A stretch of 64,000 nucleotides of DNA from an uncultured delta proteobacterium. Its GTDB lineage: Bacteria; Myxococcota_A; UBA9160; UBA4427. A program made the position numbers and the translations under genes. The stretch covers positions 1,056,001 through 1,120,000 of the forward strand of contig CAWGJT010000005.1 of assembly GCA_963822965.1 (NCBI GenBank), read 5' to 3'. Below the pieces are notes generated by a model that made no database searches, had not been told where the DNA came from, and saw only the letters and a program-made list of their open reading frames with translations. This document shows positions 29,134 through 37,372 of this stretch, piece by piece (position 1 is the first letter of the stretch; the number at the start of each line of letters is the position of its first letter).

Positions 29134-29734
29134 CCGGGCCGGAGGTCGCGGTCGCCGCCGCAGGCCGAACGCGCTCGTTGCGGCGTCGGCCGCCGTCGAT
29201 CACGAGGTCGACCGCCCGTCTGAGCTCGGGCGCCAGGGAGCCGGGGGGACCCTCCCGGGCGAGCCAGCTCGCGATCGTGCCGCAGACCGAGACGTAGAGA
29301 ATCTCTCCCATCTGTCTGGGACTGAGGTCGCGCCGCAGCACGTCCCCCTGCTGGCCCTGCTCGAGCCACTCCACCAGCACCGCGGGCGCCGCAGCCGGGA
29401 ACCGGATCCTCGACCAGGCGCGAGCGGCGAACTCCCGGTCCTCCTCGACGGCTCTCGCCAGCAGGACGCACACCGAGCGGAGGGCCGGGCGCAGACCGCG
29501 CTGTCCCTCGTCCGCCGCCCCTCCGAAGACGGCTTCCACACCGTCGTGGGCCCACTCACCCAGCACCGCCTCCTTGCTGCCGAAGTAGTTGAAGAAGGTG
29601 GCCTCGCTCAGATCGCAGCGGCCGACGATCTCGCGCACGGTGGTCGCCTCGAATCCCTGTTGGCGAAACAAAGCGATCGCGTTCTCAATGATTGTGCTAC
29701 GGGCGCGCTGCTTCTTGGCCTCTCGCAGCCCCAT
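29120..29734 (-). CDS. TetR family transcriptional regulator
   Basis: MGLREAKK...QGFEATTVREI...LSEATFFNYFGSKEAV. Confidence 0.92.
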   Translation of the reverse strand: MGLREAKKQRARSTIIENAIALFRQQGFEATTVREIVGRCDLSEATFFNYFGSKEAVLGEWAHDGVEAVFGGAADEGQRGLRPALRSVCVLLARAVEEDREFAARAWSRIRFPAAAPAVLVEWLEQGQQGDVLRRDLSPRQMGEILYVSVCGTIASWLAREGPPGSLAPELRRAVDLVIDGGRRRNERVRPAAATATSGPVSTR

Positions 29735-29749
29735 CGTGACACCCCCGAG

Positions 29750-29840
29750 AAGAACCATTTGGAAGACATTATATAAACTTGGTCATACAATGATTTCAAG
29801 CATTGTTAAAATTTTTGTTGATTCCATATATCGATCTCTC
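29750..29840. promoter_or_regulatory. AT-rich divergent promoter region (TetR / DsbA-like gene)
   Basis: Only strongly AT-rich patch in the window; minus strand has TTGAAA followed by TTATATAAT. Confidence 0.55.
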
Positions 29841-29913
29841 TGTACCGGGCCCAAGCTGAGATTCGCGCCGATGGACGACTTGCGGTAGAAGCTCGTGCCG
29901 GAGGATCCGACGC

Positions 29914-30525
29914 GTGGCAAAGCTCGAGCTCTTCTTCGACTGCTCGAGTCCGTGGACCTACCTCGCCTTCCACGGGATCGAGGAGCTGGCCGCCGAGACC
30001 GGGGCCGAGCTGGTGTGGAGGCCCATCCTGGTGGGGGGCGTGTTCAACACCGTCAACTCGAGCGTCTACGAGCAGCGGGCGAACCCCGTCCCGGCGAAGC
30101 TCCGCTACTACGCGAAGGACCTGCAGGACTGGGCGCGCCACGCGGGCATCCGGATCGGCTCGCCGCCGGTGTTCCCGGTGAACAGCGTGCGGGCCATGCG
30201 GGGCTGCTTCGTGGCCCTCGACGAGGGGATCCTGCCCCGTTATGCCCGGGCCGTCTTCGAGGCCTACTGGGGCGATCTGCAGGACATCTCCCAGCCCGAT
30301 GTGCTCGCTGCCATCGCGGAGCGGGTGGGGCTCGTGTCGGACCGCTTCCTGGCCCGCATCGAGGAGCCCGCCGTCAAGCAGCGCCTGCGCGACACCACCG
30401 ACGAGCTGATCGCGCGCGGCGGCTTCGGCTCGCCCACCCTGTTCGTCGACGAGGACGACATGTACTTCGGCAACGACCGGCTGGTGCTGGTGCGCGAGGC
30501 CCTGCTCGCCGGGAGACGCGGATGA
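29914..30525 (+). CDS. 2-hydroxychromene-2-carboxylate isomerase / DsbA (GST-kappa) family
   Basis: FFDCSSPWTYL, WRPILVGGVF, GGFGSPT, YFGNDRL. Confidence 0.92.
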   Translation: MAKLELFFDCSSPWTYLAFHGIEELAAETGAELVWRPILVGGVFNTVNSSVYEQRANPVPAKLRYYAKDLQDWARHAGIRIGSPPVFPVNSVRAMRGCFVALDEGILPRYARAVFEAYWGDLQDISQPDVLAAIAERVGLVSDRFLARIEEPAVKQRLRDTTDELIARGGFGSPTLFVDEDDMYFGNDRLVLVREALLAGRRG

Positions 30526-31388
30526 GCGCCGCCGCCAGGGGGCTCTCGCCCGTCGAGAAGCTCGTCCGGCTCTTCGCCCTCGAGCCCCTGGACCGCGACC
30601 TCTTCCTGGGAGACCCCGGGCCCGGCGAGCGCCGGCTGTTCGGGGGCCTCGTGGCCGCCCAGTCCTACCTGGCCGCCGCCCGCACCCTGGACGACGGCGA
30701 CGCGCGGCCGCTCCACAGCCTGCACGCCTACTTCCTGCGACCCGGCCGCTACCAGACCCCCATCCGCTTCGTCGTGGACCGCATCCGCGACGGCCGCAGC
30801 TTCACCACCCGGCGCGTGGTCGCCCACCAGGGCGGAGAAGCCATCTTCAGCCTGTCGGCCAGCTTCGCGCGGATCGAAGCAGGCGTCTCCCACCAGGACG
30901 CCGCCCCCGCCTCCGCCGACCCCGAAGCCCTGCCCGAGCACCTGGGAGGCCCCTGGCGCGCTCCGGGCATGGCGGAGCACAACCCGATCGAGATGCGGAG
31001 CCCGGACGGCCTGCTGGCGCCCGGCGACCCGGTGCCCCGGGAGCGGATGGTCTGGATGCGGCCGCGCGGCCCGGTCGCCGACGACCCGCTGGTGCACACG
31101 GCGCTGCTCGTCTACGCGAGCGACCGCAACCTCGTCAGCACCGCCGTACGCGCCCTCGACGAGCCCCGCGACAGCTTCCAGATGGCGAGCCTCGACCACG
31201 CCCTGTGGATGCACCGTCCCGTGCGTTTCGACGACTGGCTGCTCTTCGTCTCCGAGAGCCCCGTCGCTCACGGCAGCCGCGGCCTCATCTTCGGATCGGT
31301 GTTCGAGCGCGACGGTGCCCGCGTGGCCTCGGTCGCCCAGGAAGGCCTGGTGCGCCAGCGCCGCCGGGGCCCGACGGCCGCCGGCTGA
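30522..31388 (+). CDS. tesB: Acyl-CoA thioesterase II
   Basis: LFGGLVAAQS, SLHAYFLRPG, RDGRSFTTRRV, ASLDHALW, SVAQEGL. Confidence 0.92.
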   Translation: MSAAARGLSPVEKLVRLFALEPLDRDLFLGDPGPGERRLFGGLVAAQSYLAAARTLDDGDARPLHSLHAYFLRPGRYQTPIRFVVDRIRDGRSFTTRRVVAHQGGEAIFSLSASFARIEAGVSHQDAAPASADPEALPEHLGGPWRAPGMAEHNPIEMRSPDGLLAPGDPVPRERMVWMRPRGPVADDPLVHTALLVYASDRNLVSTAVRALDEPRDSFQMASLDHALWMHRPVRFDDWLLFVSESPVAHGSRGLIFGSVFERDGARVASVAQEGLVRQRRRGPTAAG

Positions 31389-31675
31389 CCGGGAGTCCGC
31401 CGGGGCCCGGTCCGTCCCGGGCCCCGGGCGGGGCACCGGAGCCCGCCTCTCCGGCTCCTTCGTGCGTATCCCGGCGGCAAGCCACCGGCACCCAGTCGGA
31501 GGATGATCCGCACCTGCCACAATCCGGTGGCAGCGGGCACCTACCCCTGGTCCCGTCGAGGGCCCTACGACATTCCGCGTCATCCGTCGCATTCCCGCGT
31601 AGTACCATGCGGCTGCGAGAACGGCCGAGCGTCGGGACCGGCGGACGGACGGCCCAGACCTGGAGAGAAGCTTTC

Positions 31676-32392
31676 ATGGTGCAGCAATCCCCCACGACAT
31701 CGGACGTCGACACGCGCGCACGCGGCAGCGGACAGGGCGTCCGCAAGGCGGACGCCTGGAAGACCCGGGACCTTCGGGCGAGAGCGCTCCGCTTCATGGT
31801 TCGCTGGCGTTCCCGCATCCCCGGCTGGCACGAAGAGGCCATGGGCGTCCTGGCCGCCGCCGAGGCGGGCGGGGTCCGGGTGCTCGAAGCGGCCGTGCCT
31901 TCCATCGGCGACCCCAAGCTCCGGCGCATCATGCTCAAGCACATCGAAGACGAGAAGCGCCACACCCAGGGCTTCACGGACTTCGCCCATCGCATGACGC
32001 CGGGAAAGCAGATTCCGGTCTACGAAGCGCAGCCCTCCCAGACCAACGTGCTCGACTTCTTCGCCTTCCTCGAGATCACCGAGCTGCGCGGTGAGCAGAT
32101 GATCGGCAACTACCGCGAGCTCTACGAGGGCTATCCCGACGTGCAGGCGTTCATGGACACCGTGATGCACGACGAGAAGTACCACGCGAACTACCTGCAC
32201 GCGCAGCTCGAGACCTGGGCCGGCGAAGGCCTCGAGAAGGAGGTCGCGCAGGCCCGCAAGAAGGCCCGGGCGATCGACGGGCGCGGCTTCCGCGCGCAGG
32301 TGGGCGCGTTCACCCGGGCGCTCCCCCGGATCGTCGCCTACGAGATTCGCTCGCTCCTGACGGCGGATCGCGAGAGGAGCCGCCAGACCTGA
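31676..32392 (+). CDS. Ferritin-like diiron protein
   Basis: E...DEKRH and E...DEKYH paired ExxH motifs; GGAGAG RBS. Confidence 0.75.
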   Translation: MVQQSPTTSDVDTRARGSGQGVRKADAWKTRDLRARALRFMVRWRSRIPGWHEEAMGVLAAAEAGGVRVLEAAVPSIGDPKLRRIMLKHIEDEKRHTQGFTDFAHRMTPGKQIPVYEAQPSQTNVLDFFAFLEITELRGEQMIGNYRELYEGYPDVQAFMDTVMHDEKYHANYLHAQLETWAGEGLEKEVAQARKKARAIDGRGFRAQVGAFTRALPRIVAYEIRSLLTADRERSRQT

Positions 32393-32528
32393 GTCGATCG
32401 GGCGTGGCGGCCGGCCGAGGTGCGCCGGCCCGCCGTGCCGAGCGGGATTCTGCCGCCGCGCTGCCGGCGCAGGCGGGATTTCCTGTCCGAACCGGCCCGC
32501 CGTCACCGAACCGTGTTCCGTGGGCACT

Positions 32529-33077
32529 ATGGATGGGAAGGATGCGGACGGCTCCCACGCCGTCCTGGATCAGGGGGATCGGAACGTGCACGAGACGCGA
32601 AGCGGGCGCCCCGAAGCCGCGGCGGCCATCTGGAGCTGGCAGGCGCCGTCCGACGCGACGGAGGGGGAGGCGAGCGGCAGGATTCGCCTGCGGGGTGCCC
32701 TCCAGGGCCTGGCCGCAGCCTGCGTGGGCGGAGCGATCTACCACTTCCTGCCGGCGCTGAATCCCCACTTCCGGATCGTCGGCATCGTCGTGCTCTCCGT
32801 CTCCTCCGTCGTCTTCCTGGCCGCGACGCTGTCTCCGAAGGGTGTCTACGCGGTCATCGAGCGCATGCTCGCGGCCATGAGCCGTCACTTCGGCCGCCTG
32901 CTGAACTGGCTGGTCATCCCGCTGATCTTCTACGGGTTCTTCGTTCCCTTCGGCGTTCTCTTCCGCCGGGGCAAGCGAGACGCGCTCCAGACCTTCTACG
33001 ACGACCAGCGCGAGACCTACTGGTCCGACCGGGAGGGCGTCCGGACGGCGTCCTCGAACCGAGCGAGGCAGTACTAG
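32529..33077 (+). CDS. SxtJ-like membrane protein
   Basis: TM pair then LIFYGFFVPFGVLFR...RDAL...TYW...ARQY C-terminus; abuts the carbamoyltransferase. Confidence 0.7.
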   Translation: MDGKDADGSHAVLDQGDRNVHETRSGRPEAAAAIWSWQAPSDATEGEASGRIRLRGALQGLAAACVGGAIYHFLPALNPHFRIVGIVVLSVSSVVFLAATLSPKGVYAVIERMLAAMSRHFGRLLNWLVIPLIFYGFFVPFGVLFRRGKRDALQTFYDDQRETYWSDREGVRTASSNRARQY

Positions 33078-33079
33078 CG

Positions 33080-34912
33080 ATGCGAATCCTCGGAATCTCT
33101 TGCTTCTACCACGACGCGGCCGCCTGTCTGATCGAAGACGGCGTCATCGTCGCGGCGGCCCAGGAAGAGCGCTTCACCCGGATCAAGCACGACCAGAACT
33201 TCCCGATCCACGCGATCCGCTACTGCCTGGCCGAGGCGGCCTCCTTCGACGGCCGGCTCGACGCCGTCGCCTTCTACGACAAGCCCATCCTGAAGTTCCA
33301 CCGGCTGGTCGAGACCTACTTCACGGTCGCTCCCCACGGCATGAAGTCCTTCATGGAATCGCTCCCCTCGCAGCTGCGCGAGAAGCTCTGGGTCGAGCCG
33401 AAGATCACCGGCGCCCTGGAAGAGCTCGGCGTGACCGAGATCGGCCAGATCTACTACCCGGAGCACCACGAATCCCATGCCGCCAGCGCGTTCTACCCGT
33501 CGCCCTTCGAGGAGGCCGCCGTCCTCACCATCGACGGCGTGGGGGAGTGGGCCTGCGCGACGCTCGGCGTGGGAGAGGGGAACCGGCTCGAGCTCCGGCA
33601 GCAGCTCGACTTCCCGCACTCGCTCGGGCTGCTGTACTCGGCCTTCACCTACTACACGGGGTTCAAGGTCAACTCGGGCGAGTACAAGCTCATGGGCCTC
33701 GCCCCGTATGGCGAGGGCGTGTACACCGAGCGGATCCTGCGGGAGCTGTTGGACCTGCGCGAGGACGGCTCCTTCCGCCTCGACATGAGCTACTTCGGCT
33801 TCCTCGAAGACCTCGTCATGACCAACGCGCGTTTCGACGAGCTGATGGGAGGGCCCGCGCGCACCCCCGAGACCGCGATCACGAAGCGCGAGATGGACCT
33901 CGCGAAGTCGATCCAGGAGGTGACCGAAGAGATCGTCCTCCGCATGGCCCGCCACGCGCGCAAGGTCACCGGCAAGCGCCATCTCTGCATGGCGGGCGGC
34001 GTCGCACTCAACTGCGTCGCCAACGGCAAGCTCCTGCGCGAAGGCATCTTCGACGACGTCTGGATCCAGCCCGCGGCGGGCGACGCCGGCGGGGCGGTGG
34101 GCGCGGCCCTCGCCGTCTGGTACGGCGAGCTCGGCCATCCCCGGAGCCCGGACGGCAGGCACGATGCCATGCAGGGCTCGCTGCTGGGGCCCGAGTTCGC
34201 GGACGACCAGATTCGCGAATTTCTGGACGCCCGAGGCCATCGCTACCGCGAGCTCGGCGCGGAGGAGTGGGCACCCACCATCGCGGGCCTGCTGGCCGCC
34301 GAGCACGTGGTCGGCATGCTGAACGGCCGCATGGAGTTCGGCCCGCGCGCCCTGGGCAACCGCTCGATCCTCGGGGACGCGCGCTCGCCCAAGATGCAAT
34401 CGGTGCTCAATCTCAAGATCAAGCACCGGGAGAGCTTCCGGCCCTTCGCGCCCTCGGTGCTCGAGGATCGGGCCACCGACTACTTCGAGCTGGATCGCCC
34501 CTCCCCCTACATGCTGCTCGTGGCGCCGGTGCGGGAGGAGCACCGCCTTCCCCTGCTCGGAGACGAGGCGAGCCTCGACATCCACGACTGGGTCAATCGC
34601 CCCCGTTCCGACGTTCCGGCCATCACCCACGTGGACTATTCGGCGCGGGTCCAGACGGTCTCGCCGGACACCCAGCCGCGCTACCACGCGCTGATCGAGT
34701 CCTTCGAAGCGCTCACGGGGTGTCCGCTGCTCATCAACACGAGCTTCAACATCCGCGGCGAGCCCATCGTCTGCACCCCCGAAGACGCCTATCGCTGCTT
34801 CATGCGGACCGACATGGACTACCTGATCCTGGGATCCTTCCTGCTCGCGAAGAGCGACCAGGAGACGTGGATGGAAGTCGGCAACTGGAAGATGGAGTTC
34901 AAGCTCGACTGA
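33080..34912 (+). CDS. O-carbamoyltransferase (NodU/CmcH/SxtI family)
   Basis: ILGISCFYHDAAA, QEERFTRIKHD, EHHESHAASAF, GEYKLMGLAPYG, GGVALNC, EFGPRALGNRS, NTSFN. Confidence 0.95.
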   Translation: MRILGISCFYHDAAACLIEDGVIVAAAQEERFTRIKHDQNFPIHAIRYCLAEAASFDGRLDAVAFYDKPILKFHRLVETYFTVAPHGMKSFMESLPSQLREKLWVEPKITGALEELGVTEIGQIYYPEHHESHAASAFYPSPFEEAAVLTIDGVGEWACATLGVGEGNRLELRQQLDFPHSLGLLYSAFTYYTGFKVNSGEYKLMGLAPYGEGVYTERILRELLDLREDGSFRLDMSYFGFLEDLVMTNARFDELMGGPARTPETAITKREMDLAKSIQEVTEEIVLRMARHARKVTGKRHLCMAGGVALNCVANGKLLREGIFDDVWIQPAAGDAGGAVGAALAVWYGELGHPRSPDGRHDAMQGSLLGPEFADDQIREFLDARGHRYRELGAEEWAPTIAGLLAAEHVVGMLNGRMEFGPRALGNRSILGDARSPKMQSVLNLKIKHRESFRPFAPSVLEDRATDYFELDRPSPYMLLVAPVREEHRLPLLGDEASLDIHDWVNRPRSDVPAITHVDYSARVQTVSPDTQPRYHALIESFEALTGCPLLINTSFNIRGEPIVCTPEDAYRCFMRTDMDYLILGSFLLAKSDQETWMEVGNWKMEFKLD

Positions 34913-34973
34913 ACGAGCGGATGCGAGCACCCCTGCGAAGCCCGAAATCGACGGGCGCTCCGGAGAAGCGACC

Positions 34974-35138
34974 ATGGGAAAGATGAAGTACTCGATGAAG
35001 CTGCTGCGCGAAATCACGCAGTTCTCGCAGGACAACAAGACCTACTGGCTGGTCCCCCTCTTCCTGCTGCTCCTGCTCGGCTCTCTCCTGATCGTGGGCG
35101 GGCAGGCCGTCGCGCCGCTCATCTACGCGCTCTTCTAG
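34974..35138 (+). CDS. Small membrane protein DUF5989 / SxtK-like (54 aa, absent from ORF track)
   Basis: Translated by hand: MGKMKYSMKLLREITQFSQDNKTYWLVPLFLLLLLGSLLIVGGQAVAPLIYALF*; KxYWLxP...APxIYxLF pattern. Confidence 0.85.
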   Translation: MGKMKYSMKLLREITQFSQDNKTYWLVPLFLLLLLGSLLIVGGQAVAPLIYALF

Positions 35139-35146
35139 GAGAATCC

Positions 35147-36157
35147 ATGGGCGGGCCCGACCTCGAGAGCGATCTGGACATCCTGCGGTGTCCCAAGTGC
35201 CAGGGCTCGCTCGAGCTCGAGGGCGAAGCGCTCCACTGCGGCAAGTGCGTCCACCACTTCGCGGTGGAGGACGGCATCCCGATGCTCTTCTGGCCCAACG
35301 AGTGGGAGGAGGGAAGGTCCGACGTCACCGACGAGGTCAAGGCGTTCTACGAGGAGACGCCGTTCCCGAGCTACGACGACTTCGACAGCATGGAGAGCCT
35401 GCGGCGGAAGGCGCGCGAGGGCGTCTTCGCCCGCATGCTGGACGAGCAGGTGCCTCCCGGCGCGCGGATCATCGAGTGCGGTTGCGGCACGGGCCAGCTG
35501 AGCAACTTCCTGTCGAGCTCGAATCGTCGGGTCTACGGAACCGACATCTGCGTCAACTCCCTGCGCATGGGCAAGCGATTCGCGGAGTCCCAGGGAGCGG
35601 ACTCGGTGCGCTTCGTCCAGCAGAACCTCTTCCGGCCGGTCTTCGAGCCCGGGAGCTTCCACCTGGTGATCTCCAACGGCGTCCTGCACCACACGTCGGA
35701 CCCCAAGCGGGCCTTCGACTCGATCGCCCGCCTGGTGGCGCCCGGCGGCTTCATCCTGGTGGGCCTCTATCACCGCTACGGCCGCCTGGCGTGCGACGCG
35801 CGGCGCATCCTGTTCCGGCTCACCGGCGAGCGATTCCGGCGCCTCGACCAGGAGGTGGCGCGGGACGACGCCAGCGCCGCCCGGCGGGAGGCCTGGTTCA
35901 ACGACCAGTATCGCCACCCCCACGAGTCCAAGCACACGATCCACGAGACCCTCGGCTGGCTCGAGGAGGCCGGATTCTCGTTCGTGACGAGCATCCCGAG
36001 CCCCCGGCTCTTCACGCCCATCGGCGCCGACTTCGAGCTCTTCTCGCCGACGGACCCCGGAAGCCGCGTAGAGCGCTTCCTGGCCGAGGCGCTGCAGGTC
36101 GTGAGCGGCGGCCGGGACAACGGGTTCTTCGTCGTGATCGGGCGCAAGAAGCCGTAG
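35147..36157 (+). CDS. Class I SAM methyltransferase with N-terminal Trm112-like Zn domain
   Basis: LRCPKC...CGKC...EDGIPML, then FYEETPFP, ECGCGTGQ, SNGVLHHT. Confidence 0.88.
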   Translation: MGGPDLESDLDILRCPKCQGSLELEGEALHCGKCVHHFAVEDGIPMLFWPNEWEEGRSDVTDEVKAFYEETPFPSYDDFDSMESLRRKAREGVFARMLDEQVPPGARIIECGCGTGQLSNFLSSSNRRVYGTDICVNSLRMGKRFAESQGADSVRFVQQNLFRPVFEPGSFHLVISNGVLHHTSDPKRAFDSIARLVAPGGFILVGLYHRYGRLACDARRILFRLTGERFRRLDQEVARDDASAARREAWFNDQYRHPHESKHTIHETLGWLEEAGFSFVTSIPSPRLFTPIGADFELFSPTDPGSRVERFLAEALQVVSGGRDNGFFVVIGRKKP

Positions 36158-36235
36158 CCGGGAGCCCGCCCGCGCCCCCGCGACGGAGAGAAGCCGACAC
36201 ACGGCCGGAGCACCCGCCCGGGGGCAGCCGCCGCA

Positions 36236-37372
36236 ATGACCGAGACGAGCGGGGAAGATCACGTGTCCGAGGACGAGCCGGAGATCTCGAGGACCGCCAT
36301 CTTCGTGGGCAGGGTCGTCCTGGTCTCGTTCGCGCTGGCCCTGGGCCTGCTGCTGCTCGAGCTCCTGTTTCGCATGGCCACGCCGCCGACGCAGTTCCTC
36401 GACGACCGGACGGACGAGTTCTGGAAGGCCGAGCTGCGGCAGCGCGGGGCCGAGAGCTCGACGCCCGCGGCGGACGTGGAGTTCGATCCCTTCCTGGGCT
36501 GGCGGATGACGCGGAGCTATCGGGCCGATGGCATCCGGCACAACTCGCTCGGTCTGCGGGCGCCCCGCGAGCTCGGCGAGGTGGGCACGGCCACCCGCGT
36601 GCTCCTGCTCGGCGCCTCGATGACCTACGGCCTCGGCGTCCGCGACGAGCAGACCTACGGGGCCCTCCTCGCAGATCTCACCGGCTTCGAGACCGTGAAC
36701 GCGGGCGTCAACGCATACGGAGCCGACCAGACGCTCCTGCTCTGGGAGACGGAGGGTCGGAAGCTCCAGCCGGACCTCGTGATCTTCGAGTACCACGTCA
36801 ACTCGTTCTATCGGAACGGGCTGTCCGTGCGGGACGGACCCCGGCCGCACTTCGAGCGGGACGCGGCGACCGGGGGGTTCGCACTGCGAGGCGTGCCCGT
36901 TCCGCGGCTCGAAGCATTCGTCGCCGACGGAGGCCTGGAGCCTGCAAGCTCGTCGCGACTGGCCGACGCGCTGCGCTGGCTCGCGAGGAAGGCCCGGCGG
37001 GATTCGGCCTACGTCGACTGGGAGGGCCTGCCCGAGCTGCGGGCGCTCGACGCGTACATCCTGAAGCGGCTGCGGGACTCCGTCGCCGAGACCGGGGCGG
37101 GGCTCCTCGTGCTGGTCACCGGTCACTGCTTCGACGGTGCCCCCGTCAACGACGTCGCGGAGCGGGAGATCCTGCAAGACACGTCCCGGCTCGGCATCGA
37201 GACACTCGACACGCTCGACACCATGCGCCGGGGAGACTTCGGGAGCTACTACGCAGCCAACTGCCACTGGTCGGAGACGGGGCACCGGCTGGTGGCCGAC
37301 CAGCTCGCCGAGTACCTCGCCGCGCACCCCCCGGCGAGAAGGTCCCGCCCGGACGAGCCCGCCTCTTCCTAG
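36236..37372 (+). CDS. SGNH/GDSL hydrolase-family membrane-anchored protein
   Basis: N-terminal TM, NSLGLR, LGASMTYG, NAGVNAYG, HWSETGH. Confidence 0.8.
   Translation: MTETSGEDHVSEDEPEISRTAIFVGRVVLVSFALALGLLLLELLFRMATPPTQFLDDRTDEFWKAELRQRGAESSTPAADVEFDPFLGWRMTRSYRADGIRHNSLGLRAPRELGEVGTATRVLLLGASMTYGLGVRDEQTYGALLADLTGFETVNAGVNAYGADQTLLLWETEGRKLQPDLVIFEYHVNSFYRNGLSVRDGPRPHFERDAATGGFALRGVPVPRLEAFVADGGLEPASSSRLADALRWLARKARRDSAYVDWEGLPELRALDAYILKRLRDSVAETGAGLLVLVTGHCFDGAPVNDVAEREILQDTSRLGIETLDTLDTMRRGDFGSYYAANCHWSETGHRLVADQLAEYLAAHPPARRSRPDEPASS

Noticed and set aside
29752..29779. dif site (TTATATAAACT resembles a XerD arm)
   Set aside because: The XerC arm position (GAACCATTTGG) does not resemble the consensus; better explained as a promoter
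31389..31675. Riboswitch or ncRNA upstream of the ferritin-like gene
   Set aside because: Inverted repeats (GCCACCGG/CCGGTGGC) exist but no known aptamer consensus was recognised; such stems are expected at this GC content
32529..35138. Saxitoxin biosynthesis cluster
   Set aside because: Only SxtI/J/K-like genes are present; no SxtA, SxtG or other core genes in the window
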